DNA of 64,000 nt from an uncultured Candidatus Saccharibacteria bacterium (GTDB lineage Bacteria; Patescibacteriota; Minisyncoccia; SW-4-49-11), in NCBI GenBank assembly GCA_964585065.1, contig CAZPCB010000002.1, positions 1,006 to 65,005 on the forward strand, in the 5' to 3' direction. Numbering within the stretch: the stretch's first letter is position 1; each line of letters opens with the position of its first letter. This document shows, piece after piece, positions 17,584-28,353 of the stretch. Both the position numbers and the translations under genes were made by a program. The notes under the pieces are model-generated. The model was given only the letters and a program-made list of their open reading frames with translations, made no database searches and had not been told where the DNA came from.

Positions 17584-19374
17584 CTAACTTCTCCCTTCTT
17601 GATTTTGTATTAAATTAAGGGCGGAGTCAAAATTTTCGGCTGGAGTTAATATTCCCCCACTGATAAAGAATATTTGATCGGCTTTTTTAATAGTATTAAG
17701 TCTATGAGCGATAATAACTTTGGTAGTTGTATCTGGTAATTGAGATAATATGGATTGGAGATTTTGCTCTGTTACAGTATCTATATTGGCGGTAGCTTCA
17801 TCGAGAATAAGGAGTTCAGGTTCTCTCAAAAGCGTACGAATAAAGGAGATAATTTGTTTTTGACCAATACTAATACCATTATTCTCTATAATAGTCTCTA
17901 TACCATTGTCAAAAGTATCCATAAGCTCAGTCAAATTATGAGATTTGAGTTTGTCTAATAATTCCTCATCACTACTATTGAGTAATTCGCTATTACCATA
18001 TCTAAGATTGTCTCCAATTGTCCCGGTGAATAAGAATGGTTCTTGTAGTATAAATCCTATAATCTTAGTTCTGTCCTCTTCGGTATAAGTCCTGATATCT
18101 TTATTATATAATTTGACTAAGCCTTGTTGAGGATCATATAATCTTGCCATCAATGAGGCTGTGGTACTTTTACCTCCTCCCGTTGGACCTACAAGGGCAT
18201 AGGTTTTTCCTTTTTCTAAAATAAAACTCATATTATGAATAATCATATCTTCATCATAGCCAAAAGATATATCTTTGAATGCTAATAATTCATTTGATTT
18301 TTTTTCACTATTATCATTCGCTTCTTCTATAATCAGATTAGATTCAAGTGAGATAATTTCTCTTACTCGAGCCCAAGCTGCCAGAGCCGATTGAAGGCTT
18401 CCTACAATAGAACCTAATATTCTTAATGGCTCAAAGAATTTCTGAGCATAGGCGAGAAATCCAATTAATAATCCTATGGTGATTGATCCTGCTAAAATAA
18501 ATCGGATACCCACTATTAATAGAATTATTTGCGCTATATTAGCAGTAAAATTATATAATGGTGCTATACCATCATTTAATATATTAGCTTTTATTTTAGA
18601 CTTATATACTCGCTCACTAATATTGGTAAAATGTTCTTTAAAATAATCTTGTATTTGAAAGGCTACCAAAGCATTAAAATTGGTTAATCCTTCTTGTATT
18701 TCAGATGATAAGGACCCCTGATCTACCAGGCTTCCTTTATTAATTCCTTCAATATACGGGGTTGCAATTCGGGTAATGATAATAATACCAGTGGTAAGCA
18801 AAAGCACTATACTCGCTAATTGCCAATTAAGATATAGCATAATAGCTGCGATTCCAATCAAGGAGAAAAACAGTGAGGTGAATCGTAATATACCCTCAGA
18901 TAAAAATTGATTAATTTTATTGGTATCATTATTAATACGAGAAATCAAATCCCCCGCTTTATTACGATTAAAGAAATCAATAGGTAAACTTTGTAGAGAT
19001 GAGAATACTATTCCTCTGAGTCGAAATAATACTCTTTGGGAAACATATCCCATAATTCTTGCCTGTCCATAGGCTGCAATGGCTGATATGATAAATAATA
19101 ATACTAATCCCCCAGACATTATACCTAGAGTTTGTATATCTTTATTAGCAATTGGCCCATCTATAGCTCTGGTTATAATATAAGGTGTAGCAACACTGGT
19201 TCCAATATTGATGAGTACGGTAAATACAATGATAACTATATTCCAGCCCTCTCCTATGAAAAGGGGTTTAATGGTTCTCCAAGTATCTGCCAGTGTTGAT
19301 GGTATTTTGCTTTCAGTGGAATTGAGTAAATTATATTGGTTCGACATATTTATGTGGTTTGTTGACTTTGCCAA
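17584..19374 (-). CDS. ABC transporter, fused permease/ATP-binding (MsbA-like exporter half-transporter)
   Basis: 596 aa; 6 TM N-terminal domain; Walker A GPTGGGKST; LSGGQ-like signature. Confidence 0.85.
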   Translation of the reverse strand: MAKSTNHINMSNQYNLLNSTESKIPSTLADTWRTIKPLFIGEGWNIVIIVFTVLINIGTSVATPYIITRAIDGPIANKDIQTLGIMSGGLVLLFIISAIAAYGQARIMGYVSQRVLFRLRGIVFSSLQSLPIDFFNRNKAGDLISRINNDTNKINQFLSEGILRFTSLFFSLIGIAAIMLYLNWQLASIVLLLTTGIIIITRIATPYIEGINKGSLVDQGSLSSEIQEGLTNFNALVAFQIQDYFKEHFTNISERVYKSKIKANILNDGIAPLYNFTANIAQIILLIVGIRFILAGSITIGLLIGFLAYAQKFFEPLRILGSIVGSLQSALAAWARVREIISLESNLIIEEANDNSEKKSNELLAFKDISFGYDEDMIIHNMSFILEKGKTYALVGPTGGGKSTTASLMARLYDPQQGLVKLYNKDIRTYTEEDRTKIIGFILQEPFLFTGTIGDNLRYGNSELLNSSDEELLDKLKSHNLTELMDTFDNGIETIIENNGISIGQKQIISFIRTLLREPELLILDEATANIDTVTEQNLQSILSQLPDTTTKVIIAHRLNTIKKADQIFFISGGILTPAENFDSALNLIQNQEGRS

Positions 19375-21077
19375 ATTTGAGTGTATTCAATAGAGGACTT
19401 CAATAATTCTGTGTGAATACCTGTCGCCAGAAGCTCTCCTTCCATAATTACAATGATTTGATCATAATCTTGAATTGGTTCAATTTTTTGGGTAATAGAT
19501 ATGAGGGTAATATCTGGATAATTGGTAAACAATGAGCTAATAATTTCTTTTTCTGTCTTCATATCCACTCGGGCTGTAAAATCATCCAATAAGAGTATTT
19601 TTGGACTTCTTACAAGGGCGCGAGCTAGCATTATACGTTGTTTTTGTCCTCCTGAGAGATTGGTTCCACGCTCACTGATTTGCGTCGCAAGCTTATTAGG
19701 AAGATTCTCTATAATTTCAGAAACATTGGTAGTATTTAATGCCTTTTGTAGTTCTTCTTCTGATATACTCTGGTTAAATACAATATTATCAGTAAGCGAA
19801 GAATTAAACAAAATACTTTCTTGAAATACTAATCCCATGGTTTTAAATATATATTTAGGATCCCATTGATTAAGCGGAATATCATCTATTAAAATCTGTC
19901 CTCCACTTGGCTGAATAAGACCTGTGAGAAGAGATAATATGAGGCTTTTACCGGATCCTGTTGGTCCAATTATAGCATTTTTGGTTTGAGAATTAATCGC
20001 AAATGAAATATCTTTTAATAATGACTTTCCATCAATTTCATAACATACCTTATCAAACACAATATTTCCTTTTACTTCTTGGCGGATTAAGGTTGACTCA
20101 TCAATAGCTGGGGCTTCAGGAGCTTGTAATACCTCTTGTATACGAGATAATGATACAAGTCCGCGAGATATAAAGCTACTTACAAATCCCAGTATAAAAA
20201 TTGGAGTAATCAAAAGATTAAAATAGGAAATAAAGGCACTAAATTCTCCTAAAGTTAAATCCTCTACCATTACCTGCCTCCCTCCAAACCAAATAATAGA
20301 TATAATAGCAAAATTTGAAACTAAATTAATAGCAGGAATAAGGCTTGCAAACAAATTGGTGATTTTAAATCCAATATCACGCCCTTTTGTATTTACCTCT
20401 TCAAATTTACTATTTTCATAACTTTGAGCATTTAATACTCGAATTAACATAGCCCCGAGAACACTTTCATTAATAACTTTATTAATATTACCGAGAATTT
20501 CCTGCGCCGCACGGAATAATGAGGAGATATTCTTAAAAATAAAAACAAATACTCCAATAATAAGTGGTAGTGAGAGTATTGCAATAAAGGCTAATTTTAC
20601 ATTAATACTAAATAGTAAGATAACACTTCCAATCAATATAATAATAGCTGAGAATACACTAGCAAATCCCTGGGAAATAATATCTTTAACCTGCTCAGTA
20701 TCTGATGTAATATTGGTGAATAAATCAGAAGATTCACGCTTATTTACAAAACTAATTGGTTGAGATACTATTTTTCGAATTAAATCTGCTCGTAAATCTT
20801 TAGCTACTCTCTCTGAGACATATACACTAATTATGATTTGTAGGAGAGTAAGAATTAATACCCCGACAGCAATTCCCGCCAAAAGCCATAAATCTCCGGT
20901 AATATTATAATTAGCTCCATTTTTACTAAAATTATCAATACTAGCTCCTAATATACGTGGAATTAGAAGAGTAGCCCCATTAGATAAAAATAAGAATATA
21001 ATTAATACTATTGTCCAACCTATATATGGCTTGAGAAAAGTAAAATCAATTTTTGGCTTTTGGGGAGCTTGTTTCAT
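19350..21077 (-). CDS. ABC transporter, fused permease/ATP-binding (heterodimer partner)
   Basis: 575 aa; GPTGSGKS Walker A; LSGGQKQR signature; 25-nt overlap with the downstream gene suggests translational coupling. Confidence 0.85.
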   Translation of the reverse strand: MKQAPQKPKIDFTFLKPYIGWTIVLIIFLFLSNGATLLIPRILGASIDNFSKNGANYNITGDLWLLAGIAVGVLILTLLQIIISVYVSERVAKDLRADLIRKIVSQPISFVNKRESSDLFTNITSDTEQVKDIISQGFASVFSAIIILIGSVILLFSINVKLAFIAILSLPLIIGVFVFIFKNISSLFRAAQEILGNINKVINESVLGAMLIRVLNAQSYENSKFEEVNTKGRDIGFKITNLFASLIPAINLVSNFAIISIIWFGGRQVMVEDLTLGEFSAFISYFNLLITPIFILGFVSSFISRGLVSLSRIQEVLQAPEAPAIDESTLIRQEVKGNIVFDKVCYEIDGKSLLKDISFAINSQTKNAIIGPTGSGKSLILSLLTGLIQPSGGQILIDDIPLNQWDPKYIFKTMGLVFQESILFNSSLTDNIVFNQSISEEELQKALNTTNVSEIIENLPNKLATQISERGTNLSGGQKQRIMLARALVRSPKILLLDDFTARVDMKTEKEIISSLFTNYPDITLISITQKIEPIQDYDQIIVIMEGELLATGIHTELLKSSIEYTQIWQSQQTT

Positions 21078-21115
21078 CTATTTAGTATACGCCTATTGTG
21101 GTTAAAAATCAAAAA

Positions 21116-22771
21116 CTAACTTCTATCAATAAATTCTTCTCTTGAGCTGGCATCTGGTTTTGTAATAGTATTAGGGATAAGAGCTGATAATAATGGTTCA
21201 CTTTCAGCCCCTATACGTGCTAGTTCATAGGCTAAATAGCGATAATTAATATGTCCTCCTGGTCGCACTCGAAGTTGTGTCATATAGCTGATTTCTTTTG
21301 GAGAGGCATGAAAAATACTGATAAAAATATGTCCAAAGGGTAATAATTGCGTCCAGAGATATTGAGGAAACCATGTATATTCACGAGTAAGTGCAACAAA
21401 GTCCTGCAATTTGACATAATACCCTTGTAAATCCTTCTCAAATTCCTCGCGAATAGAGGTGAATACAGGGTTATCAGTGAGATATAATGGTAAGGTATAG
21501 CCATTATATAATGATGCCTCATAATTCTCAGTGCTAAGAGTTGGAATATATCGTCCCCATGCACGATGACGATTCAAATCTCTAAGCTCGGAATTAGAGC
21601 TCATCAGTACAAAGCTATGAGTATTTACCCGAAACAAATTACCCATTTGCTTATGATGATTAAAGTCTTTGAATAGTATTTGAGATATAGTTTTTTCCTG
21701 CTCTTCTGTGAGTGTTTCAGTCCAATCTAGTACTGATTTAACACTTGCATTTGGATATAGGGTAAGAATATTCTGAAAGAGAATTTTAATCCCTGCACTT
21801 AAATTAATATCTAATAATTCAACATTGAGATTATGATAGCCAATAGTTTCTGATATCTCTAAATATTGCTCTATTTTTAATTCCTCATTAAGATATGTTT
21901 TAAGTTCACTAAGATTATTGCGTGTAATGGTATCTGCCTGAGTATGACGAATTAAATCAGGAGCTTCTGCAGTATAGTTAATTTCCTTTGCATAGGCTTC
22001 ATCTGGCGCAAATAATACTTCTAATTGCTCAGCTAAATATACTAATTCTTGTTCTGCAGAGGCTTTAAACACAGAGATTAATCGAGCCCATTCCCGAGCT
22101 GAGGTAATATAGGCAAGAGAAGTTTTATTCATAAGCCCTGAGGGGAGAAAATATCGGGTAGAGTCAAATACCCGAGCTGTAAGAGCTCCCGTCTCTGATT
22201 TATTATTCTCATCAATACCATAGCCTTTAATATAGGTACTGGTTAATTCAGCCTGCCAATATTTATATTTATCAAGAGCATATTGTTGTAAATCTAAGAG
22301 AGATTCATTCACCTTATCATAATTCTCTGCATCAGAATTAATACCGAGACTATTGAGTCCAAGTGGTTTACTATTCCCAAAATCTTGATATCGAGTTGAG
22401 CGCTGTTGCCCACCTCCTACACTGGTTTCATTAAAGAAAATTGTAGAATAATGATCGGGAATTTGCTCAATATAGGCAAATAGTTGAGCCATATCAGCTA
22501 CTGAAGAATGGCCATAATTACGAAATATATTGGCTAATTTTTCATTGGCATTACTTCCTGCAGCTTGAATTTCTTGGAATAATTCCTCTGCAGATAATGC
22601 TGAGCGAGAAAATCTTGCTCCAGCAAAAGCCATAATAGAGGCTGTTTGCTTACCCGCATTCGGAAGAGCGGTTCTGACAGTGTATCCTGTGCGAGTATCA
22701 GTCACTGAGACAATAACTAAATCGGTTTTATCTGGGTCTGAGACCGTGAATGTAAAATGCTCATATGCCAT
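21116..22771 (-). CDS. large conserved hypothetical protein (weak ThyX-like RHR..RY motif; unassigned)
   Basis: About 551 aa from the ATG at 22771; the RHRAWGRY segment is reminiscent of flavin-dependent thymidylate synthase but not diagnostic; immediately downstream of dcd. Confidence 0.5.
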   Translation of the reverse strand: MAYEHFTFTVSDPDKTDLVIVSVTDTRTGYTVRTALPNAGKQTASIMAFAGARFSRSALSAEELFQEIQAAGSNANEKLANIFRNYGHSSVADMAQLFAYIEQIPDHYSTIFFNETSVGGGQQRSTRYQDFGNSKPLGLNSLGINSDAENYDKVNESLLDLQQYALDKYKYWQAELTSTYIKGYGIDENNKSETGALTARVFDSTRYFLPSGLMNKTSLAYITSAREWARLISVFKASAEQELVYLAEQLEVLFAPDEAYAKEINYTAEAPDLIRHTQADTITRNNLSELKTYLNEELKIEQYLEISETIGYHNLNVELLDINLSAGIKILFQNILTLYPNASVKSVLDWTETLTEEQEKTISQILFKDFNHHKQMGNLFRVNTHSFVLMSSNSELRDLNRHRAWGRYIPTLSTENYEASLYNGYTLPLYLTDNPVFTSIREEFEKDLQGYYVKLQDFVALTREYTWFPQYLWTQLLPFGHIFISIFHASPKEISYMTQLRVRPGGHINYRYLAYELARIGAESEPLLSALIPNTITKPDASSREEFIDRS

Positions 22772-22772
22772 A

Positions 22773-23351
22773 TTATTCTTCTTTATTTTCAAAATTTTTA
22801 TGCATATCACTTGCTTGTACTCCTCTTGAGTCATAATATTTACTTCCTAGAGAGGCTGATCCATAAGAATTTTGGGCAGGAGTTTTGAGTTCATAAAAAG
22901 CAATTTGGGCTATTTTCATTTCTGGATAAAGCCGAATTGGTACGGTATTAGTATTTACAAATTCAAGGGTGGCATTGAGTTTATTCCCAGGATCAATAAA
23001 TCCAGCTGTGGTATGTACAATTAATCCGTATCGAGCTAGAGAGCTTTTTCCCATAATTTGACAGGCATATTTTTCATTGCATCCAAAATAATCTTTGGTT
23101 ACACCCAATACAAATTGACCTGGATGTATTACAAAATATTCATCCTTATCGGTTAATATAACTTTTTCCATAAATTCATGAACTGATTGCTTGGGGTCAA
23201 TATATTCAAATTTGTGACTATTAAAAATCATAAATTCATATCCGAGTAAAACATCATAACTAGCCGGCTGAAGACGAGCCTCATCAAAATCATTAATGAT
23301 AATATCTCCTAATTCGATTCCCTTCTTTATATCGACATCGGATAATTGCAT
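22773..23351 (-). CDS. dcd: dCTP deaminase
   Basis: 192 aa; N-terminal MQLSD..I..G..ARLQPASYDVLLG typical of Dcd. Confidence 0.8.
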   Translation of the reverse strand: MQLSDVDIKKGIELGDIIINDFDEARLQPASYDVLLGYEFMIFNSHKFEYIDPKQSVHEFMEKVILTDKDEYFVIHPGQFVLGVTKDYFGCNEKYACQIMGKSSLARYGLIVHTTAGFIDPGNKLNATLEFVNTNTVPIRLYPEMKIAQIAFYELKTPAQNSYGSASLGSKYYDSRGVQASDMHKNFENKEE

Positions 23352-23362
23352 AATGAAATAAA

Positions 23363-24292
23363 TTAAACTTTTAGATACCGATTAATAGCGATAAGACTAC
23401 TTCCAACCCCAAGAGCTATTCCAACAGCTAATTGAACCCCAATAATCATAAAGGCCTTACCAAGAACATAGCTACTTGGTGATTGAGCTCCATCTACAAA
23501 GGCAGTAATTGGTCCTGAGATAGCAAGAACTACAATAAACAGAATGAGGAAACTGATAAAGGTTCCAAATATACCGAATAATATACCCTCTACAAAAAAC
23601 GGACCTTTAATTTGAGAGTCACTAGCCCCAACCAAACGCATAATTTCAATTTCTTGACGATATGAATACAGTGTCAATCGAATAGTATTATAGGTAATTA
23701 ATACTGCAATGGTAGCAAGCACTACAATCACACTAATTCCTACATTACGGGTAACACTAATGATTTTATTTAATTTATCAATAATTTCTTTTGAGGTTGA
23801 TTTTTGGAAATCAGTTTCTTCAATAACAGTCTCCTTATATTGAGATTCTAGGAGATTATTATTAATTTTCTCATAAAATTTACTATCCTCGGCTTGTATT
23901 ACCAAGGTTACCGGAAGAGGATTAGTGTCTAACACCTGTAATGATTGTAAAATAGAAGGATTGTCCTTATAGGTTTCTTTGAACTTATCTAAAGCTTCTT
24001 CTTTGGTTACCAAATCAATTTCTCTTACCCCCTCAATACCTTTTACATAATTTTGGAACTCATCTATTTGAGTTTGTTCTATACCATCTTTTAGGTATAT
24101 ACTTATATTTACTTTATTTTGCACACTAGTCAAAGCATCACTACTAATTTGATTAATTACCATAAAAAATCCCAGCCCAAATAGAGTGAGCACCATAATA
24201 CTGGTAGTAGCAATAGAGAGGAATAGATTACGTCCAAAATTTTGAAATCCGTATGTAATGCTGCGTATGATATTAGTAAAGAGTGAGTCCAT
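23363..24292 (-). CDS. ftsX: cell-division ABC transporter permease FtsX
   Basis: 309 aa; N-terminal TM, periplasmic domain, 3 C-terminal TM; follows ftsE. Confidence 0.8.
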   Translation of the reverse strand: MDSLFTNIIRSITYGFQNFGRNLFLSIATTSIMVLTLFGLGFFMVINQISSDALTSVQNKVNISIYLKDGIEQTQIDEFQNYVKGIEGVREIDLVTKEEALDKFKETYKDNPSILQSLQVLDTNPLPVTLVIQAEDSKFYEKINNNLLESQYKETVIEETDFQKSTSKEIIDKLNKIISVTRNVGISVIVVLATIAVLITYNTIRLTLYSYRQEIEIMRLVGASDSQIKGPFFVEGILFGIFGTFISFLILFIVVLAISGPITAFVDGAQSPSSYVLGKAFMIIGVQLAVGIALGVGSSLIAINRYLKV

Positions 24293-24307
24293 AAATTTTA
24301 TATTGAT

Positions 24308-24994
24308 TTAGATAATATATTTTCCGTCTAGGCTATCACGAATAATTTTACCTTTATCGAGGCTAATAACACGTTTATTAATACTATTTACCACTTCTTT
24401 ATTATGTGTCGCAAAAATAATAGTAGTTTTCAATTGTTCATTAATTTTGAGTAGTAAATTCACAATATCCCAACTATTAAATACATCAAGATTTCCTGTT
24501 GGTTCATCAGCCAATAATACTGCTGGCTCATTGATAAGAGCTCGGGCAATAGCTATTCTTTGCCTTTCCCCCCCCGATAATTGATTTGGGAATTTATTAG
24601 CCTTAGCTCCCATACCCACAATATTCAAAAATCGTGGGACTTTACGGGCAATTTCATTACTATCTTTGCCCAATATTTCCATTGCAAAAGCAATATTTTC
24701 AAAAGCTGTTTTCTGAGCTAATAGCTTAAAGTCTTGAAAAATAATTCCTAAAGCTCTTCTATGTTGAGGTAAATCGCTATATATCAAATCATTAACTCGC
24801 GTCTTCCCTAAATACACCTCACCCTTATCTGGTTTCTGTTCTCCCGTAATTAGCTTCATCAAAGTAGATTTTCCCGCACCACTTTGCCCAACAAGAACTA
24901 CAAATTCTCCATCCTCTATTTTGAGATTAATATTTTCAATTGCAAAGGAGTCCTCCTCCCCATATGTTTTAGTTACATTTTTGAATAAAATCAT
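24308..24994 (-). CDS. ftsE: cell-division ATP-binding protein FtsE
   Basis: 228 aa; GQSGAGKST, LSGGERQR, LLADEPTGNLD. Confidence 0.85.
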   Translation of the reverse strand: MILFKNVTKTYGEEDSFAIENINLKIEDGEFVVLVGQSGAGKSTLMKLITGEQKPDKGEVYLGKTRVNDLIYSDLPQHRRALGIIFQDFKLLAQKTAFENIAFAMEILGKDSNEIARKVPRFLNIVGMGAKANKFPNQLSGGERQRIAIARALINEPAVLLADEPTGNLDVFNSWDIVNLLLKINEQLKTTIIFATHNKEVVNSINKRVISLDKGKIIRDSLDGKYII

Positions 24995-25009
24995 AGAACT
25001 TATTAATAT

Positions 25010-26083
25010 TTATTTAGATATCAGTACCGATGTAATAATTTCTTCTAAATTTCCTGCCAAAACACCATCTACATCTGTTGTTTCAAATCCACTACGCTGA
25101 TCTTTTACTAATTTATAGGGGTTCAGCACATAGGACCGAATATGATTCCCCCATGAAATAGACATATCTTCCGTATGGTCAGCTTGCTCTTGTTTTCTCT
25201 CAGCTTGTTTTAATTCCCATAATTTAGCTTTGAGTATACTCATTGCTAATGCTTTATTTTGCAATTGAGAGCGTTCCGTTTGAATTGCCACTACAATATT
25301 AGTCGGTATATGCGTTATTCGAACAGCCGAGTCAGTCGTATTAACACTTTGTCCCCCAGCTCCTTGAGATCGATATACATCAATCTTGAGGTCGCTTGGA
25401 TTAATAACAATATCATGAGAATGTATATCTTCCATTTCTGGCAAGGCTTGCACCATCACAAATGAGGTATGCCTAAGCCCCGCTGCATTGAATGGTGATA
25501 TTCTCACCAGACGATGAACACCTCGCTCTTGGCGAAAAATCCCATATGCATATTGACCTTTTATTTGTAGCAAGGAGCGTTTGATTCCGGCCTCTTGGCC
25601 TTGTATATATTCTATCACATTCACCTCAAAATTTCGAGACTTTGCATAGGAGATATACATTTTTGTTATCATTTCAGCAAAATCTTGAGCATCCACCCCT
25701 CCCGCTCCCGCTTGTATAAAGACTAATACATTCCCCGCATCATATTCAGAGTTAAAAAATAAACTTCTCCAATATTCATTAACAAGATTATTAAGAGCTT
25801 GTAATTCCTCTTCATAATCCAAATCCCCCTCAGATAGTATTTGCTCTATAAATTCTAACTGCTCAGGGATATTTTTGATATCTTGTATCTTTTTTTGAGT
25901 ATGAGACAAGTATTTGAGAATATTCTGAGCCTCATCTGGATTGTCCCATAATTGAGGGCTTTCTGATTTTTGCGTATATTCCTGTAAGTCTTCTTGTAGG
26001 TTATCAAGCTGTATTCCTAGTTCAACTTGCTTCCACTTCTCTTTTATTTCACCTAAAAGATTATAGGCTCGCTCCTGAGTCAT
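25010..26083 (-). CDS. prfB: peptide chain release factor 2
   Basis: GGQ motif (GAGGQSVNT) and the RF2-specific SPF tripeptide (RISPFNAAG); a single uninterrupted ORF, no programmed frameshift. Confidence 0.9.
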   Translation of the reverse strand: MTQERAYNLLGEIKEKWKQVELGIQLDNLQEDLQEYTQKSESPQLWDNPDEAQNILKYLSHTQKKIQDIKNIPEQLEFIEQILSEGDLDYEEELQALNNLVNEYWRSLFFNSEYDAGNVLVFIQAGAGGVDAQDFAEMITKMYISYAKSRNFEVNVIEYIQGQEAGIKRSLLQIKGQYAYGIFRQERGVHRLVRISPFNAAGLRHTSFVMVQALPEMEDIHSHDIVINPSDLKIDVYRSQGAGGQSVNTTDSAVRITHIPTNIVVAIQTERSQLQNKALAMSILKAKLWELKQAERKQEQADHTEDMSISWGNHIRSYVLNPYKLVKDQRSGFETTDVDGVLAGNLEEIITSVLISK

Positions 26084-26087
26084 TATA

Positions 26088-26324
26088 TTATTTCTTTAAT
26101 GTACTGGAAAGATGGGGAATTACTCTACGAGCAAGATGAGCATCAGCATTGTACATATTTATTTCAATATTACGACGATATCGAGTTAAACTCTCCTCAG
26201 TAACAGGCTTATATTTTCCTCCCATAATACCATAAATAGCATCATGAACTACTTTTTCATCTGGATGACCTCTATGTATACCTGCACTTTTAGTAACCTC
26301 TTTGGCATAATCTTCTGCAATCAT
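26088..26324 (-). CDS. hypothetical small protein
   Basis: 78-aa ORF in the operon between ychF and prfB. Confidence 0.4.
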   Translation of the reverse strand: MIAEDYAKEVTKSAGIHRGHPDEKVVHDAIYGIMGGKYKPVTEESLTRYRRNIEINMYNADAHLARRVIPHLSSTLKK

Positions 26325-26329
26325 ATAAT

Positions 26330-26629
26330 TTATGTTAATTCTTCTTCAATTGCTTTAGCGAGTATTTCTATATCTTTTTCTGAGATAATATCTTTTTTAT
26401 TCTCAAGTAAATGAACCTTTATCTCGTTCCACTCTTCTAGAGATACCAGATCTCTATCCTTACCATAGCGATCAAAAGCATCATCAAATACGGCTTTAAT
26501 ATATTCTTTTTTCTGATCGCTAGTAGCTCCAGATGAGAGAAACCCACCCCCACTAAAATAGGCTCTTTTTATTATTTCCTCAAATCGATATTTAGATAAA
26601 TACATATATTTATACCTTATATATCTCAA
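26330..26629 (-). CDS. hypothetical small protein
   Basis: 99-aa ORF. Confidence 0.4.
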   Translation of the reverse strand: MRYIRYKYMYLSKYRFEEIIKRAYFSGGGFLSSGATSDQKKEYIKAVFDDAFDRYGKDRDLVSLEEWNEIKVHLLENKKDIISEKDIEILAKAIEEELT

Positions 26630-26656
26630 TTATATCACAAAGTCCCTTTATTTCAA

Positions 26657-27727
26657 TTATACATTGAATTTAAAATGACATATATCCCCATCCTGGATTA
26701 TATAGGATTTCCCCTCTTGCCTGAGTTTACCTTGTTGCCTGGTACCAGACTCACCCCCACAATCAATAAAGTCCTGATAGGATATAATATCTGCCATAAT
26801 AAAACCTCTTTCAATATCTGAGTGAATTACTCCACCAGCCTGAGGAGCTAAAGTTCCTCGCTCTACAGTCCAAGCTCGAGTTTCTTGTGGTCCCGTAGTC
26901 AAAAATGATATTAAGTTAAGTAAATCATATCCCGCTCGAATCAGTATATCAAGTCCACTTATATCTCGACCAAGCATATTGAGATATTCTTTTTGCTCTT
27001 CCTCTTCCATTAAACTAATTTCTGATTCAATTTTAATAGATAATGGGATAATAGATTTACCTAAGTTATTTACTAAATCATCATCTAGGGTATATGTCTC
27101 ATCTGTATTTACTACATAAAGCATTGGCTTAGCGGTAAGAAAACTATATGACTTGATAGCGAATAATTCTTCTACCTCTAGCCCAGCATCTCGAATAGCA
27201 GTTCCTGATTCAATTAGGGGCAGAATTTTTTGTAATATTGGCAATACTTCCAGGGATAAAGCATCTTTTGACTTAGCTTTTTTCTCTACTTGTGGGAGAG
27301 CCTTGGTAATCTGGTCTAAATCAGCCAATAATAGTTCGGTATTAATTATATCAGCGTCCTCCAAAGGATGTATTCTATTCTCTACATGCGTAATGTCATC
27401 ATTATGAAAACTTCTAATAACATGACAAATAGCGTCTACTGATCGGATATTTGCTAAAAAGGCATTCCCAAGCCCCTCACCCTTAGAAGCCCCTCTTACC
27501 AGCCCCGCAATATCAATAAATTCTATAGTAGTGGGTAAAACCTTGAGAGATTTAGAAATATCAGCTAAAGCCTGAAGGCGACTATCTGGAACAGGAACTG
27601 TACCAATATTAGGTTCTATAGTACAAAAAGGATAATTCTCGGCTGAGACTTGTTTTTTAGTTAAGGTTTGGAATAAGGTCGATTTCCCTACATTAGGGAG
27701 CCCCACTATTCCAATAGATAAAGACAT
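26657..27727 (-). CDS. ychF: ribosome-binding ATPase YchF (Obg family GTPase with TGS domain)
   Basis: GIVGLPNVGKSTLF P-loop; C-terminal TGS-like segment. Confidence 0.9.
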   Translation of the reverse strand: MSLSIGIVGLPNVGKSTLFQTLTKKQVSAENYPFCTIEPNIGTVPVPDSRLQALADISKSLKVLPTTIEFIDIAGLVRGASKGEGLGNAFLANIRSVDAICHVIRSFHNDDITHVENRIHPLEDADIINTELLLADLDQITKALPQVEKKAKSKDALSLEVLPILQKILPLIESGTAIRDAGLEVEELFAIKSYSFLTAKPMLYVVNTDETYTLDDDLVNNLGKSIIPLSIKIESEISLMEEEEQKEYLNMLGRDISGLDILIRAGYDLLNLISFLTTGPQETRAWTVERGTLAPQAGGVIHSDIERGFIMADIISYQDFIDCGGESGTRQQGKLRQEGKSYIIQDGDICHFKFNV

Positions 27728-27830
27728 AGTTATAATTATTAACTCTTATATAGCCCCCAGTATACTATATATTCAGCTTTTTTACTAGAGATATGATACA
27801 ATAAAAGCATTCCTCTGCACCTTATTAATC

Positions 27831-28202
27831 ATGTCTCAATCCTGGTTCCTTTTTCAGCCTCAACAAACTACTCTTTCCCATAATCCCAAGAATATCATCA
27901 GAGAACATCTCTTGATTTTTAGCCGTAGGAATTTAGAAGATCCAGTAACTGAAGAGGTGTTAAGTCTTCTTGAGGAACTTCATCAGAATGTTTTAAAGCC
28001 TATGCATATAGGAAAATATACCCTTCATTCCTTACCATTGAATGAGAGTGAATTTCATCTAGTCCTTGGCCAACTCAGGCGCATCAATGAATTGTTCACA
28101 CTTCATTATGATGAGTTAGGTACGCTGACAGGAAGACAAGAAAGGCATTATGCAGTTATTCAGAGATATCTTGATCTGATAATATCGCACAATTCTCATT
28201 AG
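27831..28202 (+). CDS. hypothetical protein
   Basis: 123-aa ORF followed by a terminator. Confidence 0.4.
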   Translation: MSQSWFLFQPQQTTLSHNPKNIIREHLLIFSRRNLEDPVTEEVLSLLEELHQNVLKPMHIGKYTLHSLPLNESEFHLVLGQLRRINELFTLHYDELGTLTGRQERHYAVIQRYLDLIISHNSH

Positions 28203-28207
28203 CAACC

Positions 28208-28236
28208 CTCCCCATACTTGGAGGGTTTTTTCTTTA
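28208..28236 (+). terminator. rho-independent terminator (ccctcc-N9-ggaggg + T-run)
   Basis: caaccctccccatacttggagggtttttt. Confidence 0.6.
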
Positions 28237-28353
28237 CTATTGCTAAATATCCAATTTTATGCTATAATAACAACAAACTTCGCAAGTTCTTTCAACTTCA
28301 CAATGTCTGAGTATCTACAGACAAATGTCCATTTATTAGTATTGTATAGAATA

